55,721 bases of DNA from a virus (Duplodnaviria; Caudoviricetes), in IMG/VR virus record IMGVR_UViG_3300038958_000005, positions 1-55,721 of that record. One strand, written 5' to 3'. Under the pieces are notes generated by a model. That model saw only the letters and a program-made list of their open reading frames with translations. It had not been told where the DNA came from and did not search any database. Positions 7,963 to 17,686 of the stretch are shown here, piece after piece (position 1 is the stretch's first letter; every line of letters starts with the position of its first letter). A program made the translations under genes and the position numbers.

Positions 7963-8175
7963 CTACGCGTGGCGGTCACCGGTCCGACGCGCCGGGCGCG
8001 CCGCTACTACGGCATCCAGCCGCTCAATCAGCCGCAGTAGCGCGGCTAGCAACGGTTCGGGCCCGTTGCCGTCAAACTGCGCCTCTAGCGCGCCCTCGGA
8101 CGTTGCGAATTCCACCCAACGGTGCAACCCGGCCGCGATATCGGCCAATTCGCGATTCACGTTCGCGTTCGCCAT
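7963..8175 (-). CDS. hypothetical protein (first gene of early arm)
   Basis: AGGGGGTG SD at ~8182-8189; helical-looking sequence. Confidence 0.6.
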   Translation of the reverse strand: MANANVNRELADIAAGLHRWVEFATSEGALEAQFDGNGPEPLLAALLRLIERLDAVVAARPARRTGDRHA

Positions 8176-8406
8176 TGCATTCACCCCCTATGTTGTCCGT
8201 GCCTACTCTAGCATGCCGGGTGCAGTAGGGCAAGTATTTGGCCCCCGGCGCGGTCCATGATTCGGCGGCCCCGTGCATACGGCGGCGGTCTTCTCGGACG
8301 CCGGGCCCGGTATTCGCCCGTTGCCCGCGCGCGCCGGGCGTGCATTTCTGACCGCGTCGGCGTCCCCCTCTAGGCCCCGTTTCGGCCCGGTACCGGCGCA
8401 CGATTC

Positions 8407-8475
8407 GGCCCCGCTTTGGCCCCGCTTTTAGGCCCGCTTTAGCCCCCGCTTTGCCGCTACGTTGGCCCCCGCTTT
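8407..8475. repeat. 5 closely spaced CCCGCTTT repeats
   Basis: read directly from 8407-8475. Confidence 0.85.
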
Positions 8476-9611
8476 AGCCCCGATACGGCCGTCCGATGCG
8501 TCGCCGATGCGTCTCCGTTGCGCCGCCGTTGCGCCGCCGTTGTTGCCCCGATGCATTGCCCCGATTTCGTCATCGATTCGTCACCATTTCGTCACTTTGG
8601 GTTCATGCGCGGGTTATCTTCGAACCCAAAGCCCCCCATCGCGCCCTATCGATGCCAAATTCGCCGATGCGTGCGCCGCCCCGCCGATGCGCCGCCAATG
8701 CATGCGCGCGCTACTGATTCGCCGCCGGGCCCGTCGATTCGCCGTCACGCTGATATGCGGCCGGTTCGCTATGCCGTATCGTGCCGCCGATGTAGTGCGT
8801 TAACGGTTCGCCCGGCGTCAGCGGTTCGCATCGGTTTCGTCGCGGGTACGTTGGCGGTTCATCATCAACGGCGCGGCCCCCGGTTCGTCGCCGATGCGAC
8901 GCCGCACTGGATGCATCCGCCGATTCGCCGGTTGCCCGATACGCGCCCGATGCGCCGCTACGCCGGTTCGGCCGCGATGCACCGCCCGGTTCACGGTGCA
9001 TGCCCACGCGCGCGTTGTCGGTTCGGCCCCCGGCTTTATCCCTATTCGGCCCGGCGCGTTCCCTCTATGCGCGGCCCGGCGGGCGCCGGGTAGTGCGTCA
9101 GCGGTTCGTCGGCGGTTCGGCGGTTCGGCGTGGGCGTGGGCGTGGGCGCCGCCCGCGCGCCCGTCACGTCATCGGTTCACCGTTGGCCGTTCGCCGATTA
9201 CGCGCCCGTGCATTACCGCCGCATTGCCGCCGCCCTTCGCCTTATGCCCCGACGCCCTCCCAAAGTGCCCTATCCCCTCCGAATCCCCGAATCGCTCGTG
9301 TTCGAAGTAACAACGCTACATACCCCCAGAAGTGCCCAAGCGAGCGGGGCCGGGGGCCAGCGCCCACGAGCGCCGGAGTGACGGTGACGGTCATATACCC
9401 CCGCGAAATTTTTTACAAAACCATACCTCCCTCATATCGCTCACATACGAACAAATGCAGGCATCAGCGCAGGTATAGGAAATGGCGGTTGCGGTGCGTG
9501 CGGAGCCTGAAATTACCGCCGACTTTCGATCAATCAATTCGACCAGATAGGTTTCTCAGCACTGCGGCGCAGCCGCCCCGGAGCACGTATAGGGCAGAGA
9601 GATGAACAGGT

Positions 9612-9640
9612 TTCGGCGGATGGTGTATATCGTATATAAT
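9612..9640 (+). promoter_or_regulatory. possible promoter for the only plus-strand gene
   Basis: perfect TATAAT at 9635-9640; weak -35. Confidence 0.35.
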
Positions 9641-9686
9641 GTCATTAGGCCGCTAGACGGTCGATCGACGGCCAGGCGGCGGCCGC

Positions 9687-9877
9687 AGTATCGTGCAAAG
9701 TATCGTACAAAGCATCGTGCAAAGTATAGGAGTAAGTATAGTGCGTAGGTATGGATATCAGTATACTCTGGTCCAGACCGAGGTCTAGCGATAAGTCTAG
9801 CATTAGGTATAGACCACAGTCTAGACCTTGGTATAGACCTTGGTATAGACCTTAGTCTAGACCTTGGTATAGACCTA
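9687..9877. repeat. two abutting 12-bp-period tandem arrays (AGTATCGTGCAA-like, then RGTMTAGACCTT-like)
   Basis: ~7 degenerate units at 9687-9769 and 9 units at 9770-9877, e.g. GGTATAGACCTT/AGTCTAGACCTT. Confidence 0.9.
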
Positions 9878-9920
9878 TCAATCCCTCAGTCCTACCCTTA
9901 GCACTAGAGGAGGCAGAACC

Positions 9921-10472
9921 ATGATGCAGATTTGCAAGAACGACCGATGCTCGAACATCGTCATGCCTAACGAGAAGGGTAGACCCAAGCTCTTCTGCTC
10001 CGCTCGATGCAGGAGGAGATATTACTCAAGACGCGAATACCAGACGCTTTTCGGTAACGGTCTGATGATGATCGATGAGAAGAACAGGCCGAAGATCAAC
10101 AGGACGCTCTCCAGAACAGCTGAGGAGGCTGCCAGGCGCTACAAGAAGCATCTGGACGACTGCCCACTGTATAGAGGACCATGCCCCGGCAGATATGACC
10201 CTCACGGCCAGCAGAAGCGTTGTCTGATCGCTGCTGTGCTCGCAGACGACTGGAGATACCTGCTTCAGCTAGAAGGAGGTGTCATGAAGCCCAGGAGGTC
10301 TTCTACGAGCGTTTCTGGCTACTGGCTGTCCGACCTCACTCCAGAAGAGATAAAGGAGGAAGAGAAACGATTTGGCAGGAGGTATTCGAGTTACTACAAC
10401 TTCACCGATACCCAGCTACAGAGACTTAGAGAGGTCGGCTTCTTCAACCCGGTAGAGGAGCTTCCGGAGTAG
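9921..10472 (+). CDS. Zn-finger DNA-binding protein (putative regulator)
   Basis: CKNDRC...GRPKLFCSARCRRR; GAGGAGG SD; only credible plus-strand gene. Confidence 0.75.
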   Translation: MMQICKNDRCSNIVMPNEKGRPKLFCSARCRRRYYSRREYQTLFGNGLMMIDEKNRPKINRTLSRTAEEAARRYKKHLDDCPLYRGPCPGRYDPHGQQKRCLIAAVLADDWRYLLQLEGGVMKPRRSSTSVSGYWLSDLTPEEIKEEEKRFGRRYSSYYNFTDTQLQRLREVGFFNPVEELPE

Positions 10473-10563
10473 GCCGGACTCTCTTATATATTATTATCTA
10501 TAGGGGGATGACAGAGGACTGTCTATGGACGAATTGATTGATTAAAAGTCGAATCTGGGTTGG

Positions 10564-10881
10564 TCAAATAAAGGGGTGTTGAGACGAATAATTGATCAGT
10601 AGGCCCTTGATCAGGGGTAGCCAGCGCGGTGAACTCGCGATCAGGGATACGAGGGCCAGTGTAGCGGCCAGAATCGCGCGAGCAAGCGGCTGCTTCAGCA
10701 TCCTGAACATGACGCTCGTGAGTAGCTCCGACCTGTCCGCCTTGTTCCCTAAGGCGGTCCTCAACTCCAACAGGTTGGCCTCCATCAGGGACATACGGTG
10801 GTTGACATGATCCTTGAGGTCAACGACATCATGCTTGAGTTCCAGGAGTTTCTCGTAAATCTCATGGTTCGTGATTCGCAT
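10564..10881 (-). CDS. coiled-coil + C-terminal TM protein (holin/accessory-like)
   Basis: heptad N-terminus, hydrophobic C-terminus; TGATG overlap. Confidence 0.6.
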   Translation of the reverse strand: MRITNHEIYEKLLELKHDVVDLKDHVNHRMSLMEANLLELRTALGNKADRSELLTSVMFRMLKQPLARAILAATLALVSLIASSPRWLPLIKGLLINYSSQHPFI

Positions 10882-11105
10882 CAGGAACCCCATTCAGGCC
10901 ATTTGCCTTCGAGCGCTTCTGCGGCCATGAATCCGCAGGCGATGGCAGCGAACAGCACAGGAATAGAACGAAAGTCGTTGCGCATCAGGAAGTACCTGAA
11001 ATGCGAGAACTCGACGATCGAAGCGAAACCGAGAACGGAAGTCCAGAAGATTCGAGCGAGGGTACCGGTCATCTGATCTATCTCCTTATCCGTATTCCAA
11101 TCCAT
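10881..11105 (-). CDS. small 2-TM membrane protein
   Basis: two hydrophobic segments, immediately after the tail spike gene. Confidence 0.6.
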   Translation of the reverse strand: MDWNTDKEIDQMTGTLARIFWTSVLGFASIVEFSHFRYFLMRNDFRSIPVLFAAIACGFMAAEALEGKWPEWGS

Positions 11106-11106
11106 T

Positions 11107-13662
11107 CTATATCACGGTCCATTCGGTGTAGGTAGCGTTCCAGACGAATTCCACTACCTCTTTCGGTCCGATCACGACGTTCGCTCCTCCTTTCCCTCTC
11201 ACGTTGCTTCCTGGTAGTACTGACTCGTCCTGCAGCGTCAGCGTGTTCACGGCGCTGTCGTTGAGGATATAGAGGCGTTGTCCATCCGCTTCTCCGTCAC
11301 TAATCGATGGGGTGCTGGTCAGGGTGATGTTGGCGTTGGGAGTAACCTTGACCAATTCAGCAGTGGATACCACCGTATCGCCGGCAGCTGAGATAGTCTG
11401 AGTGACAGGCTGGAGGATCGCCTTCGCCGTATTGGTATATCCGCTAGGCTTCCAGATGAACTTGTCCGTATTCGCGATCTTGAGCGAAGCGGTGTCGTTC
11501 TGACGATTGTACGACAGGTAGTCGTTGATGTCGAACGTAATGTTGGAGGCTGTAACGGTCTCTACGGATAGGTAAGCGGAGAAGTCGTTGGTACTGGATG
11601 AGCCGCCGCTCCAGGGATTCTCCAGTCCGTCGCTGTACGTATCCGGATTGTTGATCCAGCTGCTTCCGGCGGCTCCTGCATCATAGGCCCAACTTACGGT
11701 TACTCCTGCGCCCACATTTGGTAATACGGCGATCCAGTATGTTCCTGGCGAAAGGATAATAGGATTAGGCAGATTGAGCGTCAACCAGCTGGCAGCTGTG
11801 GGCAGTGTTCCTGAGGTGCTGGCGAGCAGATTGTTAGGAGTACCTGCATTGTTGTCATAGATGCCGAAGTACACTCCTCTACCGGCAACATTAGCCCAGG
11901 TGTAGGCGCTAATTGCAGTAACCTTCGCCGTCGATGTGAGCACTACCTTGGCCGCCGACGAGTTATTTGCCGGGAAGGTATACGTGCTGCCGCCAACAGC
12001 CGTCTTCCCCACCGTGGTCACCACCGATCCCGTATCCAGTTTGAATGCCGTGTCCTTTACGTACAAAGATGAAGGCTTAGCGATGAAGTCGAAGTATCCG
12101 ATATCAAAGTTGCCGACGGTCCAGTTACCGCTGAGAGGAGTAGTACCGTCTCGTTTGATGAAGATACTTTCGTCTGAAGTTATCTGACTCGATCCATCCA
12201 CTTTGGTCGTGATCCGAACCGAGTGGTTAGGATCAAAAACTCCATTTATCGTGCTTCCAATACCACTGTTGATAAACTTTATGCCTATAGGAGAGTTGAT
12301 AAATTGATTGTTTGCAACAATAGCGCGAATATGAGCACTGGTAGTAGACTGTCCAGCGGCCTCCACCAATACAGACTGTGCCGATGAATTTACAATCTGA
12401 TTACTGGTGACAACATTCAACGTAAAGGTCCCGGCTCTTGCTCGCAAATGAACTCCTGTACTGAAATTCCTGATGATGTTACCAGTCGCTACTAGACCTG
12501 CTATATCGGCTGCAGTATCCGGATTTCCAGTCTTGTGCCAATCAGTATAGATGCCGGATCCGACATTAGCTCCAACAATGTAGTTGTTGGCAACGATGAA
12601 TTCCTGTTGCGAAAACCCGCTGTTTCCTACATATACTCCTCCGGCATTAGCCGAGCTAGAAGTCTGAATTATTAGGTTGTTGCGTATGTAGAATCTGCTT
12701 GCGGAAAGTGCCAGAATCGCTGGTCCATCTGATGCAACATTGATTATGTTGTTGTCTATCAGTGCAGTGTCAACGGAACCAACTGGTGCACGTATTGGTA
12801 TCGAGAAATAGTTCCTGTTGATCACAATTCTTAGATCATTGGATGACCCTCTTAGGATTAACTCACTACCCCCCTTAAAATAAGAATCAATGAACGTGCT
12901 ACCGCCCATGGAGCTAGTTTTTAGTGGGGATAGACCGTTATTAGACTGCTCTAGCAGACAGCTTTTTATGTATAGTTTAGTACCGCCTGCCGAAGTATCA
13001 ATGAGCTCTGAAGCGACTAAATTAGGCCTGTTCGTTAGATGAATATTAGACAGCACCAGACTCCATGAGGCGCCTATGTAACATTTTTTGCCTTCTGGGG
13101 CCTTCCACTTTACTCGTTGTATTACCCATTGACCTACAGCTGTATGAGACATGAAATGACCGTCTACACCCATACGAACGCCGACGATTACCAAGGTTGC
13201 ATTAGGTCCAGGGCTGACAGTAGGAATAACTTCTTCTTCGATATCATCTGCTAATAGTATGACCCAAGTTTTTTGGTTACTACTACTGACTACTGCCGCT
13301 CCTGCATCGATTGCTGCAGTTAGCGTAGTGAATCCTGTACCGAGTCTTCCCTTAGGATCGACGATTGCGTCGTATTCTAGCTTTCCTCCTCCACCATCGA
13401 TCTTAATGAACCCGGTGCCGGTACCCGACAGATTGGTCACATTGATCCCTGAACCGAACAGAAGCGCTCCCTGACCAATGAACGACGTATCCTCTCTCTT
13501 GGACGGATCGGAACCAATCAGCTTCCATACCGATGTACCCTGCTGCTCCATGAGCCCGCTATGACCCTGAACGCGCCACATGCGCGTATTAAGCTCGTTC
13601 AGTTGAGCTTTTAGTGCCTCGACTTCTTCCAGCAGCTGTTCGTACGGTTTGAATTCAGCCAT
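11107..13662 (-). CDS. tail spike/fibre with beta-helix domain
   Basis: repeated IxxNxI/VxNNxI rungs; AT-rich core; last gene of tail block. Confidence 0.8.
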   Translation of the reverse strand: MAEFKPYEQLLEEVEALKAQLNELNTRMWRVQGHSGLMEQQGTSVWKLIGSDPSKREDTSFIGQGALLFGSGINVTNLSGTGTGFIKIDGGGGKLEYDAIVDPKGRLGTGFTTLTAAIDAGAAVVSSSNQKTWVILLADDIEEEVIPTVSPGPNATLVIVGVRMGVDGHFMSHTAVGQWVIQRVKWKAPEGKKCYIGASWSLVLSNIHLTNRPNLVASELIDTSAGGTKLYIKSCLLEQSNNGLSPLKTSSMGGSTFIDSYFKGGSELILRGSSNDLRIVINRNYFSIPIRAPVGSVDTALIDNNIINVASDGPAILALSASRFYIRNNLIIQTSSSANAGGVYVGNSGFSQQEFIVANNYIVGANVGSGIYTDWHKTGNPDTAADIAGLVATGNIIRNFSTGVHLRARAGTFTLNVVTSNQIVNSSAQSVLVEAAGQSTTSAHIRAIVANNQFINSPIGIKFINSGIGSTINGVFDPNHSVRITTKVDGSSQITSDESIFIKRDGTTPLSGNWTVGNFDIGYFDFIAKPSSLYVKDTAFKLDTGSVVTTVGKTAVGGSTYTFPANNSSAAKVVLTSTAKVTAISAYTWANVAGRGVYFGIYDNNAGTPNNLLASTSGTLPTAASWLTLNLPNPIILSPGTYWIAVLPNVGAGVTVSWAYDAGAAGSSWINNPDTYSDGLENPWSGGSSSTNDFSAYLSVETVTASNITFDINDYLSYNRQNDTASLKIANTDKFIWKPSGYTNTAKAILQPVTQTISAAGDTVVSTAELVKVTPNANITLTSTPSISDGEADGQRLYILNDSAVNTLTLQDESVLPGSNVRGKGGANVVIGPKEVVEFVWNATYTEWTVI

Positions 13663-13664
13663 GA

Positions 13665-15788
13665 TTACATCCTCGGCCGTTCACCGGATTTCTCCGGCAG
13701 TACTTCGAAGTCGGCTTCGATCGAGGTGATTACCGGCGTTCCTGGGCTCTGCTCGTTAGGATTATCGCGCTTGAATCCGATCGCCCAGCGGAATCGGTTG
13801 CCGACCGTCATGTATCCGGGCGCGCCTTCCTGTAGCGTTTCTGGGAATCTGGTGATCGCGGAACCAAAGCGGCTCCACTCACGCTCGTTGAACTGGTAGT
13901 AGAAGTACATCCTGATGTCTCTGGTACTGCCGTATCCGTTGATTCTCACCTCTTTCAATCGTACCGTTCTTCCTGGTACAGGCTCAAAAGCAGTACTCTC
14001 TACCAATCCATGACTGTGCAGCCACGGGTTTGGTTCTGTTCCAGGACGATCGTCGGCAGGAGTGGATAGACGCCATACCTTGAATCTTCCGGTGATGAAG
14101 AGGTTTCGCGTACGATTGATATTACTCCCGCCGGTATCGGAGAAGACAATCGCTCCAACCTCGTCCGGTTCAGGAAACGATACCATATCGTGCCAGACAG
14201 GCTCGTTATCGATTGCCCGTCCGTAGAGAAGATGCGGGTATACTCCGGCCTTGTCCAGACCATCGAGTGGAAAGTTCGTAGGATCGATCGATGATTCATA
14301 CGGAAGGATGGCGCAGGTGAGCCATGTCGTGTTCGCTGACAATGCACCTGAGAATGAGAGTTCCATCCAGTAGGCGGAAATGCCGTTGACCGTAGTCTTC
14401 GTCCATCCTAGTGCCAGGGGATCGGTCATGAGAGTGACATTAGCGGTCTGGCCCAGTGTCGCATTGTTCAGTTCCGTGAAGTCACGGAACCCGACGTTCT
14501 TCGCTCCTACCGTTACGAATCCGCTGGAGGTGCCTATCTTGATCGTCATCGACACGGCATTCGTATTGTTGCTACTGGTAGCGAAGTGGAATGCCAGGAA
14601 TGGGTATTTCCAACCTAGATAGATTTTCAGCCCGGCATTGGATGGAAGCGTAGTTCCGGTCGTCAGATTGAAATCATTGACCGCACTGCTCGCATCGGTG
14701 AACGAGACGCCATCCGTCGTATAGAGGAATTTCAGGTCCGGAGAAGATAGCATCTTCGGAGTGATCGTCACTCCTGACGGTCCCTGCGTTGATCCGATGA
14801 TCCAGTGCCTCATCGCGCCGATTGTAGTGAAGTTCGAAGATGTCGTGTGCCGATTAGGGCTGGCCATCAAACTGCCTGGATCGAACGGACGCACCGTGCT
14901 TCCATCGAACAGCACCGCACCGCCATCTCCCATAGGGACGACCAGCACATCTCCCAGGAAGAATGCGCCGATACCATTCCTGAGATGGAAGAAGCTTCTC
15001 CATGCCGGAGTGTAGTTCACCCACTGGTCGATCGTCTGGTTATAGGCAAAGATTCCCTCTGGCTTGATAGCGACTACGGCATTCCTCACTGCCGTGAGCA
15101 CATTGATATCGGTACCGGCGAAGCCCACGGTAGTACCAGCGCTCCAATTCGCAGCTACGAATCGGTCTCTACCGTACGGACAGACGGATACCTGGCAGGT
15201 AGCGGTTCCTCCTGCAGGCTTGATCGTACGATACGCTTTTCCGTTCAGGCTCAGGAGTAGACCAGCAACGACATCTGTGGAGGTCGTAACGGTACCGGCT
15301 ACGTTCATGCGCTTGATCTTTGGGCTTCCTGCGTCTCCTCCGAATGATGCGTATAAATACGGAACACCGGAACCATCGTCGTCGAACATGGCACCGGTAG
15401 CCGAATTACCCAGAGCGGCGGCCTGCGATACCTGACCAAACATCACCTTCATGATCTTGTCGTCAACCACATAGAAGACCGCAGGATAGATTCCGTTGGT
15501 ATCTGTCCACTGAATCGCGAAGATTGGCGGGCTGTTGTGATTCACGGAAGCGACGGCTTCTAGCTTCATTCCTGGACGAATTTCTCCCGGCCATCGGCAA
15601 TCTATCGAACCATGAATCCGATTGTATCGTGATGGAGCGCTGATGCGATTAGGAATCTGTCCAGATGGGGGCGTGCGTATCTCGTACGCGTCTCCGAAGC
15701 CTTTGTGCAGTGATGAAAAAAGGGAAACGGTAACCGTTTCCAGATCAGGCATTTGAAGCTGGTTCGGACCGGTACCTCTTCTCGCCAT
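13665..15788 (-). CDS. tail structural protein (nozzle/tubular B-like)
   Basis: beta-rich 707 aa; podovirus-type position. Confidence 0.6.
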   Translation of the reverse strand: MARRGTGPNQLQMPDLETVTVSLFSSLHKGFGDAYEIRTPPSGQIPNRISAPSRYNRIHGSIDCRWPGEIRPGMKLEAVASVNHNSPPIFAIQWTDTNGIYPAVFYVVDDKIMKVMFGQVSQAAALGNSATGAMFDDDGSGVPYLYASFGGDAGSPKIKRMNVAGTVTTSTDVVAGLLLSLNGKAYRTIKPAGGTATCQVSVCPYGRDRFVAANWSAGTTVGFAGTDINVLTAVRNAVVAIKPEGIFAYNQTIDQWVNYTPAWRSFFHLRNGIGAFFLGDVLVVPMGDGGAVLFDGSTVRPFDPGSLMASPNRHTTSSNFTTIGAMRHWIIGSTQGPSGVTITPKMLSSPDLKFLYTTDGVSFTDASSAVNDFNLTTGTTLPSNAGLKIYLGWKYPFLAFHFATSSNNTNAVSMTIKIGTSSGFVTVGAKNVGFRDFTELNNATLGQTANVTLMTDPLALGWTKTTVNGISAYWMELSFSGALSANTTWLTCAILPYESSIDPTNFPLDGLDKAGVYPHLLYGRAIDNEPVWHDMVSFPEPDEVGAIVFSDTGGSNINRTRNLFITGRFKVWRLSTPADDRPGTEPNPWLHSHGLVESTAFEPVPGRTVRLKEVRINGYGSTRDIRMYFYYQFNEREWSRFGSAITRFPETLQEGAPGYMTVGNRFRWAIGFKRDNPNEQSPGTPVITSIEADFEVLPEKSGERPRM

Positions 15789-15789
15789 T

Positions 15790-17103
15790 CTATATCCTCA
15801 GAGTGAAGACTCCAATCGGCGTTTGCTGATCCATGACGTACCTTGGTTCAGCGCCGAATTCGCGCTCCCAGTGATTGAGTTCAGAAGAGTTGCGCACCCA
15901 GTCGTCCTGCCACTGCGGGCTATTCGTCATGTCCAGCATGTACTTCGAGAGCCTCTCAGCGAGCGTGGCCACGATGTATTCTTTAGGACAATCGGTGACC
16001 GCAGCATCACCGGCGACACGTCCGGACACTGTATAGTAATCAGTCTGCAACCGTTTGTAGAATCCGCGCTCATAGTAGTACACGCCGTACTCCGATAGAG
16101 GCGGACTGAACCCTAGCTCTACTTGCGATCCAACCTGCACACGTTCTACGGCGATCGTGGAGAACTTGTAGTAGAAATTCGCCTGCTCGGACGTTGCCGG
16201 ATTGATGTTCGACATGATGAACACATTGCCCACACGATTCCTCGAACGGATGCGCGCAGGTAGAATATGCCTGGTCTTCTGCCTCCTGTGACAGGCAAAC
16301 GGACCCCAGATCGTGCTGGAATTGTCGCTGTTCGTGTGTAATCGCAGCCTGATGCGATAGCAGCCGGAAGGAATCGTGAAGAGCAGACTGATCCATCCGA
16401 GTCCAGGTCCTGTTTGCTGCGTTTTCAGACCTCCAATTGGAACGTTGACGTTATTCGTGTAGTCACGCACGACGATTGTTGCTGTCGCAGGATTGTACGT
16501 ACCGTTGACATATGCTCTTACCGGCACCTGTAACATGAATCGCTCGTTCGGGTTGACGAAGATATCATCGCTTTCGGCATAGGCTGCGCTGGTAGGATGA
16601 TTGACGACCAGTTCTCGACGCCAGAATGCATCACTGATGGAAGGAAATGCGATCGACACTGTTGCGCCACTCACACCTGTCCAGCCATCGTCATCCTGCA
16701 GGTCACCGTTCGGGATGACCGTGATAGGATTGATGCGCCAGGTGGAGCACATCGACTCCAGCGCGTCGTCCCTGATTCGGTCAGCGATATCGGGGTCGAT
16801 TCCCCTGAGCCATACCTCGTATTCGGTGCCGGACGGTATCGCCTGAGACAGCGTGGGAGTGACGTACAGTTTTCCGTTGAGTGGATCGAGTCGATCGACG
16901 TACACCTTATTGCCGGCGAGAGGGCCGGACGATATCCTAACGATTCCATTATCGAAGAGGGAACCGGGAAGATTCGCGCCCTTGAGCCGTGCAGTATCGA
17001 CGAGGAAGTCGGTAGAGCCATTATCAGTGGATGTTCCCAGGAAGCACCAGCTGAGGTTGACCAGAGACTGCCGTATCTGCTTCCCGGTGATCGTTGTCGG
17101 CAT
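15790..17103 (-). CDS. head-tail adaptor/tail tubular A-like protein with inserted carbohydrate-binding-like module
   Basis: position; IPNGDLQDDDGW and W..L.FT.P signatures typical of CBM-like domains; GGAGG SD. Confidence 0.55.
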   Translation of the reverse strand: MPTTITGKQIRQSLVNLSWCFLGTSTDNGSTDFLVDTARLKGANLPGSLFDNGIVRISSGPLAGNKVYVDRLDPLNGKLYVTPTLSQAIPSGTEYEVWLRGIDPDIADRIRDDALESMCSTWRINPITVIPNGDLQDDDGWTGVSGATVSIAFPSISDAFWRRELVVNHPTSAAYAESDDIFVNPNERFMLQVPVRAYVNGTYNPATATIVVRDYTNNVNVPIGGLKTQQTGPGLGWISLLFTIPSGCYRIRLRLHTNSDNSSTIWGPFACHRRQKTRHILPARIRSRNRVGNVFIMSNINPATSEQANFYYKFSTIAVERVQVGSQVELGFSPPLSEYGVYYYERGFYKRLQTDYYTVSGRVAGDAAVTDCPKEYIVATLAERLSKYMLDMTNSPQWQDDWVRNSSELNHWEREFGAEPRYVMDQQTPIGVFTLRI

Positions 17104-17119
17104 CCTTTACCTCCAGTAG

Positions 17120-17626
17120 TTACTGTCTGGCAAAGCAGGCTACATACAATGTACCGGATGCCGCATCTGTCGTTTTGATACGAAGCCGTGCTCCAATGCC
17201 CAACGGTAGCGTTACGGAAGAATTCGCGGGGATCGCTCCGTCCGTATAGTTGACTCCGCCATGTTTGCCGACAATCGTCGAAGACGAGTTGAGATCGAAC
17301 ATCACCATCGTCACTGCCGGCGATGGGAGTTCAGGGTCTCCGACCGAGAAACGAACGTTGCGAACGTCATACCAGTTCGTACCATCGAATGTCGTTTGCG
17401 CGTACAGGTCCATTCTGGTGTTCAAACTCACCTGATCTCCTCTGATGAACCAGATCAGGTGACGAACGCTATCGATGAACAGTTGTGGCACCGTGCAGGT
17501 GTCGTCCATGTTCGCGCTCAGAGTGACCGGAGCGAACCGGATGAAGATACCGTTGGCATGACCGGTGCGAACGGAAGAGCCTGGAATCTTCGTAGAAGTT
17601 TCGGCTGCAATCGCAATCTCTGCCAT
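17120..17626 (-). CDS. virion structural protein
   Basis: QTTFDGTNWYD beta-sandwich-like motif; structural block. Confidence 0.55.
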   Translation of the reverse strand: MAEIAIAAETSTKIPGSSVRTGHANGIFIRFAPVTLSANMDDTCTVPQLFIDSVRHLIWFIRGDQVSLNTRMDLYAQTTFDGTNWYDVRNVRFSVGDPELPSPAVTMVMFDLNSSSTIVGKHGGVNYTDGAIPANSSVTLPLGIGARLRIKTTDAASGTLYVACFARQ

Positions 17627-17642
17627 GACATTCTCCCTGAAA

Positions 17643-17679
17643 GGGCGGGGGTTGCTCCCTACCGGGAGGCCCCCGCCCG
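17643..17679 (-). terminator. GC-rich hairpin, probable terminator
   Basis: GGGCGGGGG..CTCCC/GGGAG..CCCCCGCCC stem followed by a short TTT on the minus strand. Confidence 0.55.
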
Positions 17680-17686
17680 TACGATC

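Noticed and set aside
9326-9337. CCAGAAGTGCCC direct repeat also at 55688-55699 as att sites bounding the early arm
   Set aside because: Many 12-mer pairs are expected by chance in 55 kb, a similar 11-mer occurs inside a gene at ~53325, and no recombinase is encoded. The position is suggestive only.
8072-9605. Long Arg/Pro/Ala-rich ORFs on both strands
   Set aside because: Low-complexity products of a GC-rich repeat tract; no SD or recognisable motifs.
9687-9877. CRISPR array
   Set aside because: Units are contiguous 12-mers with no unique spacers.
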